Shown: positions 7,867 to 14,639 of the stretch, in pieces
Position numbering within the stretch: position 1 is the stretch's first letter
How the letters are laid out: each line of letters starts with the position of its first letter
DNA from: an uncultured Candidatus Saccharibacteria bacterium
GTDB taxonomy: Bacteria > Patescibacteriota > Doudnabacteria > UBA920
DNA length: 33,451 nt
Reading direction: 5' to 3'
Assembly (NCBI GenBank): GCA_964650345.1
Contig: CAZYSI010000005.1
Location: forward strand, 1 to 33,451
Notes under the pieces: generated by a model
Told to the model about the DNA's origin: nothing
What the model saw: the letters and a program-made list of their open reading frames with translations, nothing else
Databases searched by the model: none
Program-made: the position numbers and the translations under genes

Positions 7867-9771
7867 CTATAAAACATAGGGTTCACCAATGGAAAATTGG
7901 GAAATATCTTTGTCTCCAACAATAATTACAGGGAAAAGATTTAACGCGCGCTCTGTGTAAAACTTTCCATTCACTGCGTGCAAAATTCCATTTACCACCC
8001 AGTAAATAGTCGGGTTATTAGCAGTCCGAACCAAGCTGCCGTCAGGCGGAGCCATAAAACTACCCACAACCCAAGAATCAATTTCGGCATTACTGACCGT
8101 TACAACAGCAGAATACTTAAAACCGCGCATAGAGAAAACTTGCCCAGTTAATGGACGGCGCAAACCGTTTTGGATGTAATAGACAGTGGCGCTATTCGGA
8201 CTCTTAACCAAGCTGCCGTCCAACGGTACTGCATAAGAACCTTCAGGGAAATAGTTTAAATCTGCCCTGCTAACCATTTTTATTTTAGCGTTAGCAAAAC
8301 GCTGGCTTTTTACAAATAAACTAATTACTTGCCGCTTACCACCATTAATTAAATAAAACTCGGTAGTGCCACTAACTTGCACTACATCGCCATCAGACAG
8401 AACAACAATTTGATCTTCTAAACTTTTAGCAGCGTTAATCCTTCCACTGCCGAGCAAGCCTTGGCAAGATTGGCCAGCACACTGACTCAAGTTTAAAGCA
8501 TCAATTGGATCAGACGAGACTAAAATACGATCACGAATCTGGCGATTGCTAGAGCCTGGAAATAGCGAACGAAGTAGGGCTGCCTGCGCAGACACATAAG
8601 GCACGGCTAATGAAGTCCCAGACGCGTAAGCATACGAATCTGAAGACTCCCCGCCTGTGCTCGGGTCATGGTTAATAGTAGAAATAATTCTTTTACCTGG
8701 CGCAGATACGTCCACACAAGCTTTTCCAAAGTTAGCAAAAGATGGTTTTAAATCTCTAATATCCGTTGCAGTTACTCCGATGATCATATTTTGATCGTTG
8801 TCATTGCAAATCGGGAACACTGGTTCTTTGTCTAGATTCCCGCCAGTAACAGCAACATCATTCCCTGCGGCTGCAACTATTACTACATTTCTATCGAAAG
8901 CATAAGTAATGGCATTGGCTAACACTGTGTCGTGTGCAAAACCAATTCCTCCCAAAGACAAATTAATTACATCGGCATCGTGGTCCGCTGCCCAAACAAT
9001 GGCTTCAGAAATATTAGATGATGCCCCTGTGCCATCGCTGTCCAATGCCTTAATTGGCATTATAGATACTCCATAAGCTGCCCCAACAATCCCTTTTTCA
9101 TTATTTGCAGTGGCAGCTATAACCCCAGTTACTAATGTGCCATGACCATTGTCATCGGAGTTAGTTTTACGAGAAATAGCTTTTTGAGTGATGGTATTGT
9201 AACCTGCTACGAATTTGGTGCGAGAGAAGTCAGTATGAGTGGTGTCGACCCCAGTGTCGATCACAGCCACCACTACATCTCTACTTCCAGTGGTTTTTTC
9301 CCAAGCTTTAACAAAATTAGCTTTGTGTAGTGCCCATTGTCTATCCGTGTTATCTGGATTTGATGAAAATCCTGGATCGTTTGGTGCTTTGCTCTTATTT
9401 TTTCGAGAGGCTGTGTTAGTAAACTCTGAATCTGGCTCAAGAAAATTGTAAAAACCAGCATAAGTTTGCTGGAGGACTTCTAAAGATGAAGCAGTGCTAA
9501 ACCGATACGTATTAGCAAATTCAGAATTGCTATCTCCCTCAAATAACAGCTCAATATTGTTTAGTCCGGGAATAGCTTTAAGAATTGAGTTGTCATTGCC
9601 TTTAAGCTGAATAACATAGTGCTGATTGTCGCTAGCAGCCTGAACAGTATTAATAGATAGTGTGAGAACGACAAAACACCCTACTATTAGTAGGGTTAGA
9701 GTTAAGATTTTAGGTTTAAATAAGACTCTAAGCACTTTGATTACTTTGTTTTTTTGTATAGCGCCCAGCAA
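7867..9771 (-). CDS. secreted subtilisin-like serine protease (peptidase S8) with C-terminal repeats
   Basis: The catalytic triad motifs VAVIDTGVD (Asp), HGTLVTGVIAA (His) and SGTSLAVPYVSA (Ser) are present, with an oxyanion Asn in NLSLGG. There is an I9-like propeptide and a signal peptide. The track start is TTG at 9771; GTG at 9733-9735 is an alternative that would overlap the upstream GT2 stop by only 8 nt. Confidence 0.9.
   Translation of the reverse strand: MLGAIQKNKVIKVLRVLFKPKILTLTLLIVGCFVVLTLSINTVQAASDNQHYVIQLKGNDNSILKAIPGLNNIELLFEGDSNSEFANTYRFSTASSLEVLQQTYAGFYNFLEPDSEFTNTASRKNKSKAPNDPGFSSNPDNTDRQWALHKANFVKAWEKTTGSRDVVVAVIDTGVDTTHTDFSRTKFVAGYNTITQKAISRKTNSDDNGHGTLVTGVIAATANNEKGIVGAAYGVSIMPIKALDSDGTGASSNISEAIVWAADHDADVINLSLGGIGFAHDTVLANAITYAFDRNVVIVAAAGNDVAVTGGNLDKEPVFPICNDNDQNMIIGVTATDIRDLKPSFANFGKACVDVSAPGKRIISTINHDPSTGGESSDSYAYASGTSLAVPYVSAQAALLRSLFPGSSNRQIRDRILVSSDPIDALNLSQCAGQSCQGLLGSGRINAAKSLEDQIVVLSDGDVVQVSGTTEFYLINGGKRQVISLFVKSQRFANAKIKMVSRADLNYFPEGSYAVPLDGSLVKSPNSATVYYIQNGLRRPLTGQVFSMRGFKYSAVVTVSNAEIDSWVVGSFMAPPDGSLVRTANNPTIYWVVNGILHAVNGKFYTERALNLFPVIIVGDKDISQFSIGEPYVL
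7870..8391 (-). repeat. three copies of the same ~57-aa repeat found in the adjacent 636-aa protein
   Basis: Repeat cores are GDVVQVSGTTEFYLINGGKRQVI, GSLVKSPNSATVYYIQNGLRRPL and GSLVRTANNPTIYWVVNGILHAV (residues 461-634). Confidence 0.7.
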
Positions 9772-10474
9772 TTGAGCGTAGTTTAATTTTAAATAGGTCG
9801 ATTAACGACTCAATGTAAGCTTTTAACGGAACATGACCACCACCGTGCTCAGTCCACGACACGCCGACTTCTTTAATTTTATACCCCTGGGTGTTGGCAA
9901 TGGTTAGTACTTCCATGTCGAACCCCCAGCGAAGCACAGTCACTAATGGAAAGATATTTTTAGCAGCATCAGCTGTGAAAGCTTTGAAACCTAGTTGGGT
10001 ATCTTTAATACCTGGTACAGCGAGGAGTTGAATAAGTAAATTACTCATACGCGACAAAACAATTCTATATATAGGCTGATGAACCTTTACTAAATCTGGT
10101 TCTGTATAGCGCGAGCCAATAACCACGCTGTAACCTTGGTCAAAATATGGCAAAAACTTTTCAATTTCTGAAATCGGGGTAGCATTGTCTGCATCCATGA
10201 ACATGATAATGTCACCGGTAGCAAACTTCAGCAAACCTTCTTTAACAGCTGCTCCTTTCCCTGGGGTAGTAACTAACTCTACCCGAGACTTTTGAACAGT
10301 GGTTGCCTCTAATTGCCTAACCACATCGGCAGTGCGGTCTTTGCTGTTGTTATCGATAACAATAATTTCGTAGTCATAGCCTTGTTTTTCCAAATAGCCG
10401 TCTACGCTAGTAAGGGTTTCAGTGATGCGCTTTTCTTCATTATAGGCCGGAATAACCACGGATAATTTTTTCAT
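9728..10474 (-). CDS. GT2 polyprenyl-phosphate sugar synthase (Dpm1/Alg5/Ppm1-like)
   Basis: KLSVVIPAYNEE, IIVIDNNSKDRT and FMDADN (DxD) in a soluble 248-aa GT2 match dolichyl/polyprenyl-phosphate glycosyltransferases. Confidence 0.8.
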   Translation of the reverse strand: MKKLSVVIPAYNEEKRITETLTSVDGYLEKQGYDYEIIVIDNNSKDRTADVVRQLEATTVQKSRVELVTTPGKGAAVKEGLLKFATGDIIMFMDADNATPISEIEKFLPYFDQGYSVVIGSRYTEPDLVKVHQPIYRIVLSRMSNLLIQLLAVPGIKDTQLGFKAFTADAAKNIFPLVTVLRWGFDMEVLTIANTQGYKIKEVGVSWTEHGGGHVPLKAYIESLIDLFKIKLRSIAGRYTKKQSNQSA

Positions 10475-10498
10475 TTCTAGGTTCGTTTACTTTTCCCT

Positions 10499-10507
10499 AT
10501 TATAGCA
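10499..10507 (-). promoter_or_regulatory. extended -10 promoter (TGCTATAAT) for the GT2/S8 operon
   Basis: The reverse complement reads TGCTATAAT, 24 nt upstream of ATG 10474. Confidence 0.45.
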
Positions 10508-10520
10508 AAAATCTATTAAA

Positions 10521-10555
10521 AAAGAAGGTTCGGCACTGGTCCGAACCTTGGTTTT
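10521..10555. terminator. bidirectional rho-independent terminator
   Basis: aaggttcgg-cactggt-ccgaacctt is a 9-bp stem (10525-10549) flanked by an A-run and a T-run. It terminates the 118-aa gene on the minus strand. Confidence 0.75.
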
Positions 10556-10575
10556 AATTTTCTGTTCTCGTTTAC

Positions 10576-10932
10576 TTAATAAGGCCAGTACCAGTTTCGG
10601 CCAGGGGTGTAGACCCTAATGTCTGGACGATAGTTAGTATTGTTCGTCTCGACAACAATAATGGTGGTTTCGGTACTACGAGAATACCGGAAAAAAGGTC
10701 TCCGACTGTATGGACTCAGACCGCCATCCCAGTCCTGACGGACAGTGGTGGCTCGCTGTCTTTGGTAAACTGGGGCGCTTTGCGGCTGAGCGCGATCGGG
10801 AACAAAACACAAGACTGTCCTATTTTGTGTCCGATCCCAGCAATCCACCCATCGGCCGGAAACTTGAGCTGAGGCAGTTAGTGTGAATCCCCCGCCTATT
10901 AAAAGGACGGCAAAGAAAAGAAAGTGCTTCAT
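10576..10932 (-). CDS. small secreted Arg/Trp/Tyr-rich orphan protein (GC-rich cassette)
   Basis: Signal peptide MKHFLFFAVLLIGGGFTLTASAQ. AGGAGG at 10939-10944 lies 6 nt before the ATG. It has its own extended -10 promoter and its own terminator. I recognise no family. Confidence 0.7.
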   Translation of the reverse strand: MKHFLFFAVLLIGGGFTLTASAQVSGRWVDCWDRTQNRTVLCFVPDRAQPQSAPVYQRQRATTVRQDWDGGLSPYSRRPFFRYSRSTETTIIVVETNNTNYRPDIRVYTPGRNWYWPY

Positions 10933-10962
10933 AGTGATCCTCCTAGATTGTTCTGCTATTTA

Positions 10963-10971
10963 GATTATATC
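10963..10971 (-). promoter_or_regulatory. extended -10 promoter (TGATATAAT) for the 118-aa gene
   Basis: The reverse complement reads TGATATAAT, 30 nt upstream of ATG 10932, with an SD in between. Confidence 0.45.
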
Positions 10972-11002
10972 ACCTAGCTGACTTAGTTATGAAAACAGAA
11001 TG

Positions 11003-11045
11003 CAAAAACAAAAAAGGACTGAAACGAAATTAATCGTCTCAGTCC
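11003..11045 (-). terminator. rho-independent terminator after the 381-aa gene
   Basis: On the minus strand ggactgagacg...cgtttcagtcc (hairpin 11016-11045) is followed by TTTTTTGTTTTTG. It lies 30 nt past the stop at 11076. Confidence 0.7.
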
Positions 11046-11075
11046 AAGAGGTTGGAAACAGATAACTGCCTGTAC

Positions 11076-12194
11076 CTACATGATCTGCGTTTTGCCACGC
11101 CGAACTGTGGTCTGAACAGGGGTCGGTTGTGTCCGAACCTGATTCGTCAGAGGGTTCCCGATCGTGGGCCGCGATGGCCGCGTTCCACCGGCTACGCCCG
11201 TGGAGGGCTGGCTGGGTCTAACTGGCGGCTTTGGCTGCGTTTTGGGTCCTTGTTGAGTGATGGTCTGGACAACGTCCTTCCCATCTGTCCAAATTCCCAA
11301 GTTAGACGCTTCCTTCAGCCCTTGTCCGTCGCAACGGAACTTCTTCCCGTTGTTAACTACAAACAGGTTAGCATGGCCATTCGACCACTCAACCGTCACG
11401 CCTCGACCGAGATCGGCTCGCTTGCCTTTCTTGATCTTAGCTCGGTTGATACCCCAATCGGCAACAGTGAGATACGTAATGTCCTCACTGGCGTTAACTA
11501 GTTGTTGACCTGCTTGCAGGGCGACACCTTTCCCGCCGTCTATCGCCGCATCACCCCAGTCGCTTCCCCGAGCCTTGCTTATGGCCATGGAAGCACCAAA
11601 GCTTCCTAGCTTCTGCCACCACTGCCCGGCGACGCGAGCCTTGAACGACGTTTCGTTTTCCCAGCTTACGTTAGTAGGGCAGGGGTTGATGTATTCGGTT
11701 GGCCCCGGAACCTTTTCAATGCAGATCCCTGGGGTCTCCGAAGCCTCAGTTCCCTCAGGACACTTCGGAGCAGGCGTAGGAGTTGGTGTGGGTGACGGAG
11801 TAGTCTGCGGCGGAACATTTTCCGCTACCGCTGTCTTAGGATAACGGATATCCGGAGCCGGATTTCCGCAGTCCTCACGAGCAACGATCTCCTGACCCTT
11901 GAAAATGAACTTCTCGCCTTCTTTTTGGGCGACCCACTGATTGCCCTTAACCGTGAGCATGTATACACATGCGTCGGCTTCTAGACCACGAATTTCCTCG
12001 CCGGCCCGGAGTTTACGGTGAAGACCGAAGTATGTCGGCCGGTAGAAACTGGCCGTCCCGTTCTGCAAAGCTGTGACACAAGCGTTACCGCCAGTATCGC
12101 CGCTGCCGAAGTACATTCGCTTCTGCGCGCTGACCACGGTGGTCGACGCTGCAAAAACAACCAAAAGACACACAATGTAAGTTATCTGTTTCAT
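11076..12194 (-). CDS. secreted two-domain orphan protein with a Pro/Thr linker and a basic Pro-rich tail (GC-rich cassette)
   Basis: ATG 12192-12194 gives the signal peptide MKQITYIVCLLVVFAASTTVVSAQ. GGAGG at 12199-12203 lies 4 nt upstream. The linker is PPQTTPSPTPTPTPAP, with Cys-rich segments. I recognise no family. The GTG at 12221 in the track is probably too far upstream. Confidence 0.75.
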   Translation of the reverse strand: MKQITYIVCLLVVFAASTTVVSAQKRMYFGSGDTGGNACVTALQNGTASFYRPTYFGLHRKLRAGEEIRGLEADACVYMLTVKGNQWVAQKEGEKFIFKGQEIVAREDCGNPAPDIRYPKTAVAENVPPQTTPSPTPTPTPAPKCPEGTEASETPGICIEKVPGPTEYINPCPTNVSWENETSFKARVAGQWWQKLGSFGASMAISKARGSDWGDAAIDGGKGVALQAGQQLVNASEDITYLTVADWGINRAKIKKGKRADLGRGVTVEWSNGHANLFVVNNGKKFRCDGQGLKEASNLGIWTDGKDVVQTITQQGPKTQPKPPVRPSQPSTGVAGGTRPSRPTIGNPLTNQVRTQPTPVQTTVRRGKTQIM

Positions 12195-12373
12195 ATTTCC
12201 TCCGAATTGTTGTAATCTCACCGCGATGCGGCCTGTAGCACAATACTACTCACCTCGCGGTGCCCATCTAACCGAATTGTTAGACAGATCAGTGCTCACC
12301 AAACGCCTGACTAATAGAAATATTTCAGGGTGATGAGCAATAATCTGCCTGTCATAACTTGAATCAACTATGA
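12195..12373 (-). promoter_or_regulatory. structured ~180-nt 5' leader of the 381-aa gene (candidate cis-regulatory RNA)
   Basis: It lies between the TTGACA-17-TATACT promoter and the SD. Mutually exclusive helices can form: an 8-bp long-range pairing (12219-12226 with 12255-12262) or two local hairpins (12221-12231, and 12251-12262 with a GCGA loop). Further elements are an 8-bp helix (12293-12300 with 12332-12339), a hairpin at 12267-12284, and a 10-nt direct repeat AACAAUUCGG (12202-12211 and 12272-12281), one copy abutting the SD. Confidence 0.4.
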
Positions 12374-12379
12374 CAGAAC

Positions 12380-12408
12380 AGTATAGCACAAAACACATGC
12401 TTTGTCAA
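12380..12408 (-). promoter_or_regulatory. sigma-70 promoter TTGACA-17-TATACT
   Basis: The reverse complement has TTGACA (12403-12408), a 17-nt spacer and TATACT (12380-12385). Confidence 0.65.
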
Positions 12409-12427
12409 TAGTTGAAGACTTCTTCCT

Positions 12428-12486
12428 GAAAAACGAAGAAATCCCATTATTTTAGGTCTTTTTTGAGCCTAAGTCAACGGGATTTC
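12428..12486 (-). terminator. terminator after the sortase gene
   Basis: On the minus strand an outer 8-bp stem gaaatccc/gggatttc (12479-12486 with 12438-12445) encloses an inner ttagg/cctaa hairpin and is followed by TTCGTTTTTC. Confidence 0.5.
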
Positions 12487-12525
12487 AGTACAATCTCTAA
12501 TTTTTAATGGCTTATTTAAGCCAAG

Positions 12526-13992
12526 CTACAGCTGCTCAGTTTGGGTTAATTTGCCGAATACTACCAAGCGACGAGCTGTAGTACCGACTGGCCAACAAGT
12601 CGACAAGGCCACTAACGATTCCGCAGTATTTACGAATTGAGCTTGATCGTTAGCTGCGTACTCACCTCGGCGAGTAACAACAAAATGATGTCTTACCTGC
12701 TTACCATCTTTTTGAGTTGCAGTAATGGTAAACGAAGTACCATCTGTTACTTGACCCAGTATAGCGAAAATTTGTTTGTAAGGACTTTTATCCCAAAGGT
12801 AACCACTTGAGTGTCCAGAAATATAGCTAGTGCCAACTTGCCCTGGCATAACTGTTCCAGGATAGTGCACTACGCCTTTTTTTAAATCAGCGTCAAAATC
12901 TTTTACATCTTTAGTCCAAATTAATGGTACGGAAATATTGTTAGCAGGAATTTCTAATTTACCAGGAATATCCCAATTAATGTCTGTGCCTGAATTTAAA
13001 TTGCCTTGCGCTGGTGCACCAGTCTGTCCGCTACTCGCTTGCTGTGAAGCTGTGTACGCAGTTTGGTTGCTAACCACTCCTGGCGAAGACAAGGTTGGAT
13101 TATTCTGTTGATACTCACGAAGCGCGTCTGGCTCAACGTAGTACGGAGAACCTGGGTTCACATATTGAGCAAACTTGGTTACTCCGCGATTAAGCGCTGC
13201 GGCAGTAATGCGATTGCTTATGAGCTCTTTGTTAATGTATTTGTCTACTAACTCTTTCTGCTTGTCTGTAAACGGTTTGTTAGTCCAAGGGTTAGTGTCT
13301 TGAATAACTAATTCACCGTCAGGGGTGTTAGTACCCCGAGTACTGTAAACCTTTGGATTCAAATCCAATAAATATTTTTCAAAGTTCGTTAGACCATTCC
13401 CAGAAACATCGGTGTCCATGGAAATAATGGCTTCATCATTTACCGCAAAGAAGAACTGGGCCATCCATTTCAAATAGGCTGCTTCTTGATCTTCTTTAAG
13501 ATTTTCTAAATCTTTATTTGAAGATCCATCAGTAATTTTTTCTAAGGTAATGTTATTGGTGCGGAAAATGTTGGTAAAAGAAAAATCGCTGAAATAGAAA
13601 AAGTACAAGCCTAAACCGATAACAAAAATAACCGCGTAAGGAGCAACGCTTTTTGCTAGCCACAATACAAAAGCATAAGCCTCATTCCCTTTATCTGTCG
13701 CAGGACCAAGAAGCTGTGACAAAGGCCCAGCTGAACCAGGAGTTTCTTTTGGCGATGCATGCAAAGTAACTTCTAAATTTTTATATGGCTCTTCTAAGGT
13801 CTCTAAGAACGGTAAGTCTGGTGGTAAGTCTCCGGCATGGACAACTTCAGTTGGTTTATCTACAGAAGGTGCTAAATCTTCCGGAGTGTCTTGTGTGCCG
13901 GTTAAATTCAAAAGCTCATCGATGCTATCGGTAGCAGCGATTTGTTTACCAGGAGACTGTGGAGTTTTATTGATATTGTCTGATTCAGCCAT
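12526..13992 (-). CDS. sortase-family transpeptidase with a long N-terminal extension
   Basis: The C-terminal ~150 aa carry the sortase triad context: YISGHS (His), ALSTCWP (TLxTC-like Cys) and ARRLVVFG (Arg). Before it come an acidic ~110-aa N-terminus, one TM helix (VAPYAVIFVIGLGLYFFYF) and a ~200-aa linker domain with a TSP3/Ca-binding-like DTDVSGNGLTNFEKYLLDLNP motif. Confidence 0.8.
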   Translation of the reverse strand: MAESDNINKTPQSPGKQIAATDSIDELLNLTGTQDTPEDLAPSVDKPTEVVHAGDLPPDLPFLETLEEPYKNLEVTLHASPKETPGSAGPLSQLLGPATDKGNEAYAFVLWLAKSVAPYAVIFVIGLGLYFFYFSDFSFTNIFRTNNITLEKITDGSSNKDLENLKEDQEAAYLKWMAQFFFAVNDEAIISMDTDVSGNGLTNFEKYLLDLNPKVYSTRGTNTPDGELVIQDTNPWTNKPFTDKQKELVDKYINKELISNRITAAALNRGVTKFAQYVNPGSPYYVEPDALREYQQNNPTLSSPGVVSNQTAYTASQQASSGQTGAPAQGNLNSGTDINWDIPGKLEIPANNISVPLIWTKDVKDFDADLKKGVVHYPGTVMPGQVGTSYISGHSSGYLWDKSPYKQIFAILGQVTDGTSFTITATQKDGKQVRHHFVVTRRGEYAANDQAQFVNTAESLVALSTCWPVGTTARRLVVFGKLTQTEQL

Positions 13993-14043
13993 AAAAATAA
14001 ATAATTGATATCTAAATTATACTACTAAAATTAGTAACTAGCA

Positions 14044-14072
14044 ATTATAATGATATTTTACAGTTTTGTCAA
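14044..14072 (-). promoter_or_regulatory. consensus sigma-70 promoter TTGACA-17-TATAAT (sortase gene)
   Basis: The reverse complement has TTGACA (14067-14072), a 17-nt spacer and TATAAT (14044-14049). Confidence 0.65.
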
Positions 14073-14093
14073 TGGAAGCAATCTAAAACTATA

Positions 14094-14121
14094 TTGACAG
14101 GAAACTTTAAACGGGTATAAT
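14094..14121 (+). promoter_or_regulatory. consensus sigma-70 promoter TTGACA-16-TATAAT (135-aa gene)
   Basis: TTGACA at 14094-14099, a 16-nt spacer and TATAAT at 14116-14121. It is divergent from the sortase promoter, with the two -35 boxes 21 nt apart. Confidence 0.65.
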
Positions 14122-14164
14122 CAGCTAGCGTTCGGAAATTTTCAGTTCAAAAGTGAGGGAATGT

Positions 14165-14572
14165 ATGAAAGAACTTTGCATCAAGCTCTTTGCTATGATT
14201 TTCTGTGTTCTGCTCTCGCTGAGCATAGTAATGATCTTTGACAAAGGGCCCGAGGCCAATGCTGATGAAACTCAAGCGGTCATACCAATCCCCCCACCTA
14301 AATCTAAACTCGAGCTCTGCCAAGAGCACAAGGATGAGGGCCTGGCCCTCATCAAACGATTCGAGGAAAGGGGTGATATAGAAGTAACCTTGGAGTCCGC
14401 ACAAGAAGACGTGGCGATAATAAACAAAGCTGTGGGGCTGCTGCAGCTTGCCAATAGGTGCCCGGAAATGAATGTTGAGCAAGATTGGCGCGACGCCATT
14501 AGGACGAAGGAAAAAATGGATAATATCGAAAGATTCCTTCGCGCTCTCATCGAATCGCGCAAGCGGCAATAG
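14165..14572 (+). CDS. small membrane-anchored or secreted helical orphan protein (GC-elevated cassette)
   Basis: ATG 14165 is preceded by GAGGG (14155-14159, 5-nt spacing). The N-terminal hydrophobic segment is LCIKLFAMIFCVLLSLSIVMIF, followed by a charged helical region with two Cys. A strong terminator follows. I prefer the plus strand over the overlapping minus-strand ORFs. Confidence 0.65.
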   Translation: MKELCIKLFAMIFCVLLSLSIVMIFDKGPEANADETQAVIPIPPPKSKLELCQEHKDEGLALIKRFEERGDIEVTLESAQEDVAIINKAVGLLQLANRCPEMNVEQDWRDAIRTKEKMDNIERFLRALIESRKRQ

Positions 14573-14598
14573 GCTCAATGGCCGCACTCAACCACTAC

Positions 14599-14627
14599 GC
14601 AGGACCCCGTGTCCTGCTCTTTTTTTT
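14599..14627 (+). terminator. rho-independent terminator
   Basis: gcaggac-cccgt-gtcctgc is followed by TCTTTTTTTT. Confidence 0.85.
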
Positions 14628-14639
14628 AGGCTAAAATTT

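Noticed and set aside
11052-12215. Plus-strand ORFs inside the GC-rich island (11052-11501, 11257-11508, 11575-11844, 12018-12215) and the minus-strand ORF at 11981-12175
   Set aside because: High-GC sequence produces long stop-free shadow frames. The 381-aa minus-strand frame has a signal peptide, SD, promoter and terminator, and the others have none of these.
12320-12345. GUGAUGAG-like string in the 12.3 kb intergenic region, resembling a hammerhead CUGAUGA core
   Set aside because: The first base differs, and I could not find the matching GAAA or cleavage-site helices on either strand.
12311-12355. 14-codon upstream ORF (MTGRLLLITLKYFY) in the leader of the 381-aa gene, as a possible attenuation peptide
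   Set aside because: There is no SD or other initiation signal, and no run of regulatory codons. It is probably fortuitous.
14147-14587. 146-aa and 96-aa minus-strand ORFs overlapping the 135-aa plus-strand gene
   Set aside because: There is no promoter, SD or terminator in that orientation. The plus strand has TTGACA-16-TATAAT, GAGGG and a strong hairpin plus T-run. The minus frames are kept only as a caveat in one finding.
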